DNA of 64,000 bases, taken from positions 23,066,001 to 23,130,000 of the forward strand of contig NW_024704743.1 in assembly GCF_018977255.1 (NCBI RefSeq), written 5' to 3'. This stretch comes from Callorhinchus milii. Taxonomy: Eukaryota. The position numbers and the translations under genes were made by a program. This document shows, one piece after another, positions 25,476 through 37,828 of this stretch (position 1 is its first letter; each line of letters begins with the position of its first letter). Below the pieces are notes generated by a model. It searched no databases. It had not been told where the DNA came from and saw only the letters and a list, made by a program, of their open reading frames with translations.

Positions 25476-25750
25476 TGCAAGGATTATTATACTATTAGTA
25501 CCCCATACACACACTCTGGGGCCTCCAAACTTTGACTCCTGCCAACCTGCGCCTAATACTTTCTGGAATTAGAAAGCAGGATGCATCCCTCCAGTGAGAG
25601 AGTGTGCATTGCATTCCAACAATCTATCTCTGGGATTTCTATGTATAGATGGGATGCATGGAAATCTCAGCTTGGTTTGAATACTCTTAAGCACGGTGAT
25701 GGGTTTCCGCATGTGTCGGACACCCCTCTGACAAAAATAAAATAAAAAAA
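25476..25750 (+). mobile_element. 5'-truncated composite element: SINE tail plus 3' extension and A-rich tail
   Basis: tgcaaggattattat followed by the extension homologous to 15473-15721, ending in aaaaataaaataaaaaaa. Confidence 0.75.
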
Positions 25751-25759
25751 TTCATGGTT

Positions 25760-26005
25760 CCTTGTCCCACCTGCCCCACAATCGGCAGCTGGGGTTCCAA
25801 CATTGTGGAGTTCCTTTGATTCATTCCTTCCCTCACCTCCTTCAAGGTCCACCTCAAGTCTTTCTTTGACTGTGCTTTCAGTACTTTCTCTCCCTCAACC
25901 CCCTTGGCCCTAACCCAAGCTTGGATGCGAGCTCTGGACTGTCCAGCACCTCAGGCTGTCATCCCAATGTGAGAGATGCTATACAAATGTAATTTGTATT
26001 GTATT
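25760..26005 (+). mobile_element. L2 LINE 3' end
   Basis: ttcaaggtccacctcaagtctttctttgactgtgc ... gctatacaaatgtaatttgtattgtatt. Confidence 0.7.
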
Positions 26006-27214
26006 CAGAAACAGAGCTTGAAAAACAGTAATAACAAACAAGTGTTTTTTATTACAGCACAGATGGTATGAACTGGGGGCTGAATGTAATCAGGTCCTGC
26101 CAAGATGTAATAAAAATGAGCTGTATTTTCACCATAGTTGCCATTATTCTATGGATACAGAGTGCAGACGACTTTAAACATTACTGCGACCTGGTAGCTG
26201 GTTGCACAGTTGAGTCACTGCGTTTTTCAAAAATGAAACGTCGAAAACCTTCCACTTTTTTTTACAGTATGCACTCAACCTTAACACGCTCCCAGGTTCA
26301 AACGGGTTAAAATTGGATCCTTTGTCACTGGCAAACTCAGTCAATAGTCAACAATAGTCAACAACCTCTGGTGAAAAATCAAAGCATTTGGACATTTGTT
26401 GCAGTCACGTAAATATAATGTTCTGATATGTTAGTACAGGCCAGCATGTGCTGGAACAGCTGGCTTTGTCTCCCTGGGCTAGTCATTGATGCAATATCGA
26501 GACTGCCATCCAAAATGAGCTGTGAGCCTAGCTTGTGCTGTGGAAGCTTTTCCAGAGATGGTTCATTAATCCTCAGCCACAGAGCACATGACAAACATAA
26601 ACATTTAACAATCAGTGACTTAATTAATGTAAATGAAATGAACTACTGGATTGTATCTGAACCAGAACTAAATACTTCTTTATACTCACACCATAGCCAC
26701 TGACTCCAACTATCAAGAGGATCAGAGCTCAAATTTGGGGTTTTCACTTTCTCTTTTGAGCTGGTAAATTATTATCCATCTCCATGCTTTTTGCAGCTCT
26801 TTTGATTGAGTTATGGAAGTTACTTTGGACAGAAAAGGCTAATTGTTGTAAATATATCAACACTCACAAGTGTTAGCAATTCACCATCTGAACACATTCT
26901 TCCAGTATTCATTACAGCCTTTTAAGGAATAATGATTCTGCAATTTGATATGATAATAATAATACTTCCATTTGATATAGTGCCATGTTGTGTTTTCCAG
27001 AAGTCTCAAAGCGCTTCACATAATATACTATAAAGTGAATTGATATAGCACCTTATCAAAGCATTTCACGGGATTTTATGTACTGACTGTGTATTTGTAG
27101 GCAAAGGCAGAAGCCAGATTGTTTATAGCCATGTACCATAGCCAAGAAGTGAATAACTATACAGGATATTTATCTGGGGAACCATTGACCAGCATACCAG
27201 GAATAACTCCCTTC

Positions 27215-27690
27215 TATTTTATATCCCGGCTTGACCATGCCAGCTGCCTGCTCACTGGACTGCCCAACTCTTCCCTCTACAAGATGCAGATTATTCTGAA
27301 CTCTGCAGCTCATGTCCTTTCCCGCACCAGAATCCAGGAACTTATCACTCCCATTCTTGCCAGGATTCACTGGCTCCCCATTCATCAGAGAATCAAGTAG
27401 AAAATCCTTGTTCTTTCCTTCAAGGTCCTCCACAGTGTTGCTATCCCTATCTCTCTGACGTCATAAACCCGTATCAGCCGGTCCGCTCCCTCTGCTCGGC
27501 GGACACCAGCCTGCTTCAGGTCCCCTGCACTTCCCGCCCCACCATTGGCAATCGAGCATTCAGTATCTCTGCCCCAACATTCTGGAACTCTATCCTGCGA
27601 TCCCTCCACCTCACTCCCTCTCTTGTCTCCTTTAAGTCCTGTCTGAAGACCTTCCTCTTTGACCGTGCCTTCGGCCACCCTTCCACCCAC
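27215..27690 (+). mobile_element. L2 LINE ORF2 C-terminal fragment
   Basis: ISRLDHASCLLTGLPNSSLYKMQIILNSAAHVLSRTR...LARIHWLPIHQRIK. Confidence 0.9.
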
Positions 27691-28344
27691 ATTCCCCTGC
27701 CCTCTTGTAAACTCTGATAGCTCCCCTAAAACATATACCCTGATATTGTGGTAAAGACATTGGGAATTAGCCTAATACTGTTGAATGTATAACAACAGCG
27801 AAGCAACATGTTGTATTTAATTGGAAACAGCAATAGATTTGGTGAAAAGATACTTTCATCCAATCATTCCTATCAAACTTCCTCAGATTTCCTAGTGACA
27901 GTGATTTAGTTTTTGCCATTAAAATAGCAATATATAGTAATAATAATCTTTGCATTTGGTGTAGTGCCTTATTGCATTGAAACATCTCAAAGTGCTTCAC
28001 AGAGTTTGCTATAAGGGGTAGTGGCGCATATTTCTAGCAAATGTGTCAGTCGATTTATGCACAGCAATATCTCACAATTAGCCATTTTTTTACTGCGTGG
28101 GAAGTGAAATGTTCAGCGAAGTGAGTAAACAAGACAGCCTGTGTGAGCAGTATATCAGCAGCTGCTTTAAGTGAACATTCGCAGTAGCAAATGCCAAAGA
28201 GCACATTATCCGCATGGACAGCAGTTGCACTTGGCAGTTAATTTTTAGTTTGACTTGCAACCAATTAACATGTTGATAAACGGTAAACAATAACATAATT
28301 GTCTTTTGATTAGACTGTCATTTTAGTGGATTTCTGTAACAAAT

Positions 28345-28637
28345 TGGTTAGAGCGCTCGCCTCACAAGCGAGAGGACCCGGGTTTGATTCCAGGGAAAAA
28401 AACACTTTCTCAGCGGGTAATAAGCCCGTTAAAAAATAAAATAAATAAATAATAAGCCTACTTTGTCACTCAATCCACGAATGTTTGTGGGACACTGCTA
28501 TATGCAATTGGCTGCCGTGTTTTGCCCACAAAATATATAGTCAATTTGCTTCACAGTATATCCTGTGAAGCGCTTTGAGATGTCTAAATGACTTGATAAG
28601 GCATTATATCAAATGCAAGGATTATTATTATTATTAT
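28345..28637 (+). mobile_element. tRNA-derived SINE (internally deleted)
   Basis: ggttagagcgctcgcctcacaagcgag head, standard body and tail. Confidence 0.8.
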
Positions 28638-28834
28638 TTTACTGACGGGCTGAATGTAGTCCTAATCAAGTATGCTTATCCCATCAGAACCACTCGCCTA
28701 ATTGGTGATGCTAAGCTCACAATCCAGGAAATCAGAGTTAAAAAAAAGCAATAACAAAAATAACTACCATATACTGTAGTTTCGTGATTTGGGGAATTTG
28801 GTTCATTGTCTAACCTAACATCCAATCATTTTTG

Positions 28835-29390
28835 GGGGAGCGCTATGTGGTCAAAGGTGCTGGCCTTCTGATGAGATGTTAAATTGAGATTGTCTGTCTG
28901 TTTGTTCAAGCAAATGTTTAAAAATCCTATGCCACTAATATATTTGAATAACGAAGGGAGCTTCTCTATCCTGGCCAACAGTCTTTAAGATTGGTCAGTT
29001 ACTTCAGGGCTGTTTGTGGGATGTTTCTGTGCTGCCGTGGTTCACCTACAACAGTGGTGGCCAACCTTTTTGGTCTGCCAACAAAATCAATGTTCTTGAT
29101 TGAGTACTTCTTGATTGATGCTATAAATCAAGAAACATCCAATCAAGAAAAAAATAATGGAAGCAAAACATTGATTTAAAGCAGACTTATCTAGACTAAT
29201 GCGAATGTTCAGTGAGCGGGCCACTTTTTGATGATTCCGTGGTTTAATTCTGGCCTGAGGGCCATGGGTTGCCCCCCACCTGACCTACAAATGCATAGTT
29301 AGTATATATTTTTAAGAAACTCAGTCAAGCACTTTCAAAAGTTTTGAGGTGATAAGGCGCTATGCCAACTGTAAAGATTATTATTATTAT
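28835..29390 (+). mobile_element. DeuSINE/SacSINE1-like SINE interrupted by a hAT MITE
   Basis: Deu-like core before 29051; tail resumes after 29290. Confidence 0.7.
29052..29282. mobile_element. Non-autonomous hAT (Charlie-type) DNA transposon/MITE with 8-bp TSD
   Basis: Ends cagtggtggccaacc ... ggttgccccccacctg; TSD acctacaa at 29044-29051 and 29283-29290. Confidence 0.85.
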
Positions 29391-30169
29391 TTATCCACTG
29401 TGGTCTATGGTTGTATGTCTCAAGTGTTTATATGAGTCAGAAACTACGTGATGCTCTTGTATTTGTAAGATCAAATAAAAGGGGGTGACAAGCTATACAA
29501 AGCCAGCATCAATGCAAGGAGCTAAAGATTTGAAAGTGCCTATCATTTCTAGTTTACCTCTCTTAGTCCTTTGGTTTGTAAAGATGTCCCAGCTTCACAA
29601 CTGGAGCATGGATTTTCACTTACATTTATTGCAGAACCAGCTCTATGATCCAATGCCTTATGTCAGTAAGAATTTCTAGAAGAGGCTGTTGAATCAAAAT
29701 CTTAAGATTCAACACCTCACTCATTTATACTCCTGAGGGAAGATGATGAATAAATGAACATTCCTCGACACCTAAAGGTTATCACGAAAAACAATATTTA
29801 TCCTCCCTTGCATTTCTGTTATTCAATGATATTCCTGACAGGTCACCACATTTTTCAATGACATAGGAGTCACAGTACCACAAGAGGACTTTAATTATCT
29901 TAATTTATTGAACCTTCCAGTTCCTATTCCTTATCCTTCTATGTTTAAAGGAATTAATCAACTCAACTTCAACTGCATTTGTGGGAGGCCTGATCCACAT
30001 ATACACACACTGCGGAAATGATATTTCATGTCATAATATCACAAGAGAAGTTCAGATGAAGAAGGACCTTCAGCCCAGTTGACCTTATTCTTCCAAAATG
30101 CCCTTCCAACATCCACCCATGGCAACATCAACCTATTCTTTTAAAAATGAGTCCAGCATCCTGGTGCCT

Positions 30170-30291
30170 ACCTACTGCTAGTTAAGTAGAGGCTTGTGGA
30201 GTAAGGAAACTTGCCTAACGTTTCGCCCTGCCTGGGAATTGAACCCAGGTCTTCTCGCTTACGAGGTGAGTGCTCTAACCACCGAGCTACA
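30170..30291 (-). mobile_element. tRNA-derived SINE 5' head
   Basis: Reverse of gtagctcggtggttagagcactc...ggttcaattcc. Confidence 0.8.
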
Positions 30292-30734
30292 GAAATTATT
30301 TGTTGTGCACTCAACAACAACAACGTGTATTTATATTGCACCCTTCACGAGGGGTAGTATTCCGGAACGCTTCACAGTGGCAGAGTCTGACAGATTCATC
30401 CAGTTCCCTTAAAGAGAGGAACAGCAGATATATATTCTACAAAGATTTCATACCTTTCTACATTCAGCTTTTATGTTGAGCTGGGTTCTTAACATTTTCC
30501 TCTCTGGTTCAGAAGGTTGTGAATTCAAACCCCGTGTCAAATGGAAGGTCTTTCTACCTGTTCAAGCCAAATATTTAAGGTCAATAACACAATTTAAAAA
30601 GAAAAATACATTTCTGTTGGTATCTTGGTAAACAGTTTTAATTTATTGCACAGAAGAAGGCCATTTGGCCCTATGTTTAATGTTCTCCAGATAAATTGCT
30701 CATTTATTTAATGACTGTTTGCGGGACATTGTGG

Positions 30735-31040
30735 GGGAGACCAAAACCAGGGGCCATCAATATAAAAAGTCACAAATACATCAAACAGGGAAGTTAGAAG
30801 AAATTTCTTCACACAGAGAGTAATGGGAATGTGGAACATGCTACCACAAGGAGTTGTTGAGGCAAATAGTACAGATGTATTTGAGGGAAAGCTAGATAGG
30901 TACATGAGGGTGAAAGGAATAGAAGGTTATGCATGAAGGTTTAGTTGAGGAAGGGTAGGAGGAGGCTCATGTGGAGCATAAACATCGGCATAGACCAGTT
31001 GGGCCGAATGGTCTGTTTCTGTGCTGTACATTCTAATGTA
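30735..31040 (+). mobile_element. CR1 LINE 3' end nested in a DeuSINE
   Basis: RRNFFTQRVMGMWNMLPQGVVEA-coding region plus gggccgaatggtctgtttctgtgctgtac 3' stem. Confidence 0.85.
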
Positions 31041-31178
31041 TTGTGTGCAAAATTGGCTGCTGTGTTTGACTATATATACAGTCATTTGTCAAAAGATATC
31101 TGCAAAGTTGTTTGAAACGTTTTAGCCTTATATCAAAAGGAAGGATTATTACAACTTGTGGTCACCATTTAGGCTGGC

Positions 31179-32034
31179 ACTCTATGTTTACTGTTACTTT
31201 CCTTATTTCATGGCTGCTGGGGTAGCAGTGCACTGTTGAACGTGCCGTCCTTTGGCACCTCCCTACCTCTCCGACCTCTTCACTCCCCAATCCACCACCC
31301 GGTGCTTCCACTCGACTGGCCTCCTGCTTGTCCCTCGCACCCCCCGCTCCACTATTGGAGGTTGCGCTTTCAGCCACTACACCCCGAAGCTCTGGAACAC
31401 ACTCCCTCAATCCCTCCGCCTTGACCCTTCTCTCCCCTTTTTCAAATCCCGCCTGAAAACCTTCCTTTTCAGGCTCCGCCACTGTTAAGTGCTCTGAGAA
31501 GCTACCCTGCATGGAGGGCGCAACATAAGTGCAAGTTGTTGTTGTTAAGCTAAGGTCCCAACTACCTGTTCAGATCCCTAGGGCACTATTTGCAAAGGGG
31601 ATTTCCTGGCCAACAGTCCTCCAAATAAAACGAACAATTGGTTCTTCACTTAATGACTGTTTATGGGACATTGCTACATGCAAATTAGCAGCTGCATTCA
31701 TCTACAAATTCAATCAATACACTTAACAGAAAAAATCTTTGATGTGTTGGACATGTTAAGGCTCACATTCAGAGATATTATTTAAGGCTTTATTATTATC
31801 ATGGCCATGTTTACTCGCCGAGGAAAATACATGCTTGCACCAATTAAACAAAAAGATACGGTACATTTGGTATAGCGGCTTTCAAGTTGGGAGAACATCT
31901 CAAAGTACTTCACAATAAATACTGCAAAATGTAGTAACTGTGTGTATTTTGTAGGTGAACGCAGCAGCCAATATGCACACAACAATGTCCAACAAGCAGC
32001 CATGAAATAAGGAAAGTAACAGTAAACATAGAGT
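31179..32034. repeat. Perfect 40-bp inverted repeat pair (31179-31218 / 31995-32034)
   Basis: actctatgtttactgttactttccttatttcatggctgct and its exact reverse complement. Confidence 0.9.
31250..31545 (+). mobile_element. L2 LINE 3' end
   Basis: APPYLSDL...GGCAFSHYTPKLWNTLPQSLR...FKSRLKTFLF plus (GTT)n tail. Confidence 0.9.
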
Positions 32035-33314
32035 AACATTAAAGGGGAAGTCGTTTTGAGATGATCAGAATAAACATGCGCTTAGCTTGATATGCCTGTT
32101 TGTGATTTCACTGTAGGTTCAATTCTTCAGTTTCAGTAATCAGCCTGCAGGAAAACGTGTGCCTTTATGGCTACCAAACCAATTAATTTATGGAAATGTC
32201 CCATTTATTAGTGATATCAAGAAGTCTGTTCTCATTATAAGCTCACACAAGCAAAGGTCAGTAAAGAACGGAAAATAATCCCCTGTTGTACTTATTGTTT
32301 ATTATAACTGGAATCAGTCATCTTTTAATGCAGATTCGACAGCAATATTCTAACTTAGAGCTTCAGTTAGTGGCAAGCACTCTAGCAAACAATGATTGAC
32401 ACTCCCTAGCTTGTTAAAGCGGTGAAAACAGATGTTTATATGCGAAAACATGAATATTTTAGCAATGGGTCAATGCATTAATTTGAAATCATTTGAAACA
32501 TAATTTAAAAACAATTTCAAATGTCATTTTCAAATAGTTGCAAGGAACACAACAGGTAACCAACCTCCGTTGATAAAAACTAGGCTTTGGAACAGAATGA
32601 ATGAGTTTCAGAAAGGCATTCTGCTACAAATGCCTCACTCTTTAACGACATGTCATACCACTATGAAGCAATATTCCTTCAATCAAAGCCTATTGTGTAA
32701 TATCCATTCTCAGCAGAACAGGAGGTCAGACTGCAAATTTGGCTCAAAACTCAAACAAAAGTTTATTCCATACGCTGAATGATTCTTCGTAATTGTGAAT
32801 GAAGTTGACTAAAACTACGTCCTGCATGGGTATGACATCCTATATTTTTCTTGAACATCTCAAGTGTCTGCTTATTTCAGGCGTTTGCATAAGGATTCTG
32901 TGGGCTAACTTCTTAGCCTTTCATCCCTTCTTCCACTCATCCTGAAAGCAATGTGCGTGGGTAGATATTGTGTTGTTGCACGTTTGCAGTTTTGATACAT
33001 CAATATGAACACAAGGTCAATATAACCTTTACCAAACACTCTCATTTAACAAGCACAACAGCAACTTATAATTATATTGCACCTTTCGCACAGGGTAGCG
33101 TTTCAGAGCACTTAAGTTAGAATGAAATAATTCCTTGGAAAACATACTTGTGTGGTTTAATTATATTTTTCTTCCAGACATTTATAATCACCCTCCCCTT
33201 CCTTTACCTAATAGTGGCGAAAGGTTGGAATGGACAAATCATGCACAAGTGTAACATTGCAGCGCCCACTTGCCTTGTGTTATTTTATTTCCCACTCAAG
33301 TCAATTGGAAATAA

Positions 33315-33520
33315 TGAGTCAGTTGGAGGTCATCCGACAACGATTCATCAGATTAATACCTGGGATGAAGGGGCTTAGCTCTGGTGCGAAACTTGGTAAT
33401 CTTGTGCTACATTGCCGAGAGCTGAGGAGGATAAGAGTTGAGGTGATTAAGATAATTAAAATAAAGAGAGAAATTGACAAGCTCAGTAGACTCTTCACTC
33501 TGGGACAGGGATTCAAAAGG
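33315..33520 (+). mobile_element. CR1 LINE ORF2 fragment
   Basis: LEVIRQRFIRLIPGMKGLS...ELRRIRVEVIKIIKI. Confidence 0.75.
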
Positions 33521-33542
33521 AGCTTTATTGATATTTTTCTGC

Positions 33543-33796
33543 TAACTCTGCCAATCCTTGGCTCAGTCGGTAAATACTATGACCTGTGTGTTAGAAGTTT
33601 GTGGGTTCAAGCTCCACTTTGAAAATTGAGCTCATAGTCCAGGTTGACACTCCAAAGCAGTACTGGGGAGTGCCACTTTGTCAGAGCTGCTATCCTTAGG
33701 ATTAGATGTTTCACTGAAGTTCAGTTGGATGATTTAAAAATCATGCGACCCAGTTCAGAAAAAGAAAGTTGTTTCTCTCAGTGGCTTCACCAACAT
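33543..33796 (+). mobile_element. DeuSINE/SacSINE1-like SINE 5' part
   Basis: tggctcagtcggt A-box-like, gtgggttcaagctcc B-box-like, ccaggttgacactcc core. Confidence 0.7.
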
Positions 33797-34285
33797 CAAC
33801 TTGGATTTATGTAGCGCCCTCCACGCCGGGATGGAGTCTCAGAGGGCTTCACAGTAACGGATCGTGGGGCTGAGCCAGGGGGAAGGGGAGGAAGATGACC
33901 AAAGGCGCGGTCGAAAAGAAAGGTCTTCAGAATGGACCTGAAAGTAGGAAGAGAGGGGACAAAGTGAAGGGAGTGAAGAAGGGAATTCCAGAGCCTCAGG
34001 GCATAGTAGCTGAAGGCGCGGCAGCCGAGGGTGGAACGGAGGACTCAGGGGACGAGGAGGAGGCCAGACCCGGAGGATCGAAGGCAACGGGTGCTGTTTT
34101 GAGGAGAGAGGATGTCAGAGAGGTAGGGGGGTGCAGAGGAGTGGAGGGATTTGAATACAAGGGTGAGGATCTTGAAATCGATCCTCTCTGGGATAGGCAG
34201 CCAGTGCAGTCTGGCAAAGACTGGGGTGATCGGGGAATGTAGTTTGGTGCGGGTGAGAATGCGGGCGGCAGAGTTTTGGATGACC
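33797..34285 (-). mobile_element. L2 LINE 3' end (young)
   Basis: VIQNSAARILTRTKLHSPITPVFARLHWLPIPERIDFKILTLVFKSLHSSAPPYLSD; CpGs retained. Confidence 0.92.
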
Positions 34286-37200
34286 AACAATCCTCCAGCT
34301 AAAATTGTTTATTCCATTCATAGCTCTTAGTGGGATCTTCCTTTGTGCAAAACCGTGCCACAATTACCTATAAGTAGTCATGACTCACGTCTACATTTGA
34401 CAGCAATTATCTGTGAAATGTGATAAATTGCAAGATAGAACACTATAAACGTGGCCAGATTGGATGGGTTCACATCCAATTGGGTGTGTTTTTGTTGTAT
34501 GTTTCATGAAAAAAGTGCTTTGGACGGGTCCCTAATATTAAAACTTTTAATTTAAACTTGCAAAATGTTTTTTTCCTCCTTTGAAGTTCTTTTCTTACAC
34601 AGTTTTAAAAGCACTAACCTAAATAAGCCATAGGAGGCTTGGCATAATATTTGGGCTAGTGTTTGGTTGACTTTGGGCTACAAACGTATTTTAATTTCTG
34701 GCCGCCCTTCTCACCAAAAGTATCAAAAACTGGTAACTTCTGTCTCTTAAAGTCTATCTAGAACCATGCAGCATAAGTATTTCCATGTTTTACTACAATG
34801 ATGCGAAAACATCTTCAAACTCGCCTACAAAACACATGGTCACTACACCTTACAGCAACAACAAGAACCACAACAACAAATTGCATTTATATAGTGTCTT
34901 TCATGTTGGCAGGGTGTCCCAAGACTCTCAACAGTGAAAGGTTTGCACCTGAGCTGGGGTTTGGAGTCAAGAAGGGTGAAGAACAAGGGGTGGAGGTGGC
35001 AAGTTAACCAATGGCAACTTGCATTTGTGTAGTGTCCTTCATGTGGGGCAGCATCTCGGAGCTTATCTGGTGAAGCATTGTGAAACGTCCTCCTGACATG
35101 AAAGGCACTATATCAAATGCAACAATTATTACCCAGGCCCAGGCTAGCCAGATTAATGTGGGGAGATCTGGTCCAGCGAGTCGGAATTTCTGGCTAAATG
35201 TAATTACCGTCATTTTTCAGCACTGCACTATTTTTATGTACAGTATGCTAAACCTAGCTATCTTCTGCTCATTCACCTATCCAATCCGGGGACACTGTGA
35301 AGGCTGGCCACTGTGAAGGTTAACAAGGATGGTGAGGTGGGAACCTGTGGGCATCACCTGGGCTGCTCAGTGCAGCATTGGTGCACACGAAGAGAGTCTC
35401 CAGTCCCATGTAAATTTTTGGCCTGTGGAAAAATGCCCAGTCCACCTAGCTTTGAATTCTGGAATCCATTAAGCTGGGAGTTTACTGTATTGTTATTAAA
35501 ATACAGTAATCATACATTGCCTTAGGACATCCTCCTGATCCTCCTGGCATGAAAGGTGCCACATAAATGCAATTTATTGTTGTTGTTACAAATTGTGCCT
35601 CTATTGTTATTAGCAAAATGAAACATCCTTAGTTATGGATCAGAGCTTCAGGAAACAATGCTGAGACAGAGACCTGAAACCAGGATATTAGTTTGAAGGC
35701 ACATTTTACTATTCATTGATAGGCAGATGTTTAGTGTTATACAACATGTGATGACGTGCTGGGTTGGAGATGGCACTTGTGACTTATGAATTCATGCCAT
35801 TTCACAGGCAGCAGAAGTGGGAAAAATTCTTCAATATTTGTTTTTGGCTCAGTGGTCAGTGTGCCGGCTGGTTTGATTGATTGCTATGAAAATCACAGAC
35901 ATTTGGCCATATTGCTTTCTGATAATTACTTTCTCTTTCATGTTTTGCACATAATTCATTATCACAAAATTGGTTTGGCTGAAGAAGGACCTTCGGCCCA
36001 TCTGATCTCATCCCTCCAGAACACCAACCCTACCATCACCCTCATCACAGCAACAAGCATCATTTATTATCAACCATATTAGAAATATGAGCAGGTAAAT
36101 TTCGTTTTAATTTTCTACATGCACATTTTGTCAGGTCAGATTTCTTAGAGTCACTGAGGGGTCGATTCAAAGGAAATGAAACACAGAGAGATGCACTATT
36201 GTGTTACTAAGCATGGTATATACATTTTTCAAATACGCTACTTTTGTGACATGTTCATTTCAGTCAGATCTGTTAGAGGGGGATTTTCTTGTAATTCTAT
36301 GATTTGTGGCACTACAATTCTTGGAATACGAATACCTGATAATGGTGTTAGGAATGTCAGAGCAGCGTTATTGTTTTTTAAACAGATCCCAGCTTGGTTC
36401 AGGTGCAGTACAAAACTCCGAGCACAAAGGTCAGCAGAAGCTGTAATCTTCAGCATTGTATTAATGTGAACAGACATCCCGAACAGCTGAATGCCCACTG
36501 CATCTCCGCAGGGCTACTGCTGAGGAATTCTGATGTTAATGCAGGACTGACAGGTGGGTAATCACAGCTTCCCAGATCCAGTTGGTGGACCTGCAGTGTG
36601 AGCAACTATTATCGTGTGCTTAGGAAGCAAAAATGTGCAATGTCATTCTCTATATTCATCTAGTAAAACGCTCTGAATTACTTAAAGGCTACTCCAAAAG
36701 GTGCACTCGTAGGGATTTTTTTTTTAAGCACAATTGAATAAATAGATCAACTGACAACTGTTATACATTGTCAGCAAAGATCTATCCGATGCCTTAGAGA
36801 TAGAGTCGAAAGCTGATGAAGTTTATGTAAGAATTTATTCACTAAGCCCACCTAGCTCACCCCACCACAGACTATTCCATAGCACTACAAATAAACAACT
36901 CCCTTAATCTACTTTCACTCCATTCTCAAAATATGTTTAAATAATTAAAATCATAATCCTTGAATTTCATATCGCATCTTGCATGTCAGGAGGGTGTCTC
37001 AAAGCACTTCACAGGATTTACTGAAAAATGTAGTGACTGTGGCTGTGCATTTGTATCTGAATGCTACAGTCAATTTGCACACAGCAAATTCTCATTTTTG
37101 AATAATGTCATGGGATCTTTAACACTTGACCATCCAGACTCTGATTACCATCTCATCCAAAGGATGATGTTTAATCCAAAGTATCTACTGCTATTTTCAA

Positions 37201-37484
37201 AGTATCTATTGTTCTATTCCTTGAATCCCTCAAACAATTTCTCATCTATAACTTTCAGTCAATTTATTCTACTAGCCTTACACTTATCCTGGCGGAAGAA
37301 ATTCATTCTTGCCTCAGTCCTAAGTCGTTTTGCAATAATTTTTACATTAAAATCTCTTAACTCATGTTGTTAAGTTCACTTTGGTGTCAAATTGGTTCGC
37401 TCAAAAAAAAAAACACAATTATTCCACTTCACAGTATATCCTGTGAAGTACTTTGAGGCATCCTCCCGATGTGAAACAGAAAAT

Positions 37485-37686
37485 AATAATAAGAAATAAT
37501 AATTCTTGCATTTGATATAGCGCCTTATTACTTATTCGAGACATTTCAAAGCTCTTCACAGAATATACTGTAAAGTGAATTAACTGTCTATTTTGTGGGT
37601 GAAATGCGGCTGCCAATTGCATACGGCAGTGGATTGAGTGATTACATTTTTGTAAGGATTATTATCACCGAAAAAGCAATCTGCCA
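37485..37686 (-). mobile_element. tRNA-derived SINE, 3' part
   Basis: Near-consensus tail and body. Confidence 0.8.
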
Positions 37687-37732
37687 ACAGAATTCTGACG
37701 AAAGGTCATTAACCTGAAAAGTTAATTTATTT
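37687..37732 (+). ncRNA. Degenerate minimal hammerhead ribozyme-like motif
   Basis: CTGACGA (37695-37701), stem II aggt/acct, GAAA (37716-37719), GTTA; stem I acagaatt/aatttatt imperfect. Confidence 0.45.
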
Positions 37733-37828
37733 TCCTCTCTCCATGGATGCTGCCTGACCTGCTGTGTGTTCCCAGCGACGTCTGTGTTTATACCAGATTT
37801 CCAGCATCTGCAGTACTTTGCCTTTTAC
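37687..37828 (+). mobile_element. Penelope-like element terminal repeat
   Basis: ctgacgaaaggtc...gaaaagttaa...gatgctgcctgacctgctg...ccagatttccagcatctgcagtact; second copy at 23976-24048 (-). Confidence 0.65.

Noticed and set aside
28200..28225. REST/RE1 site (ggacagc)
   Set aside because: Only the right half-site is present; TTCAGCACC is absent
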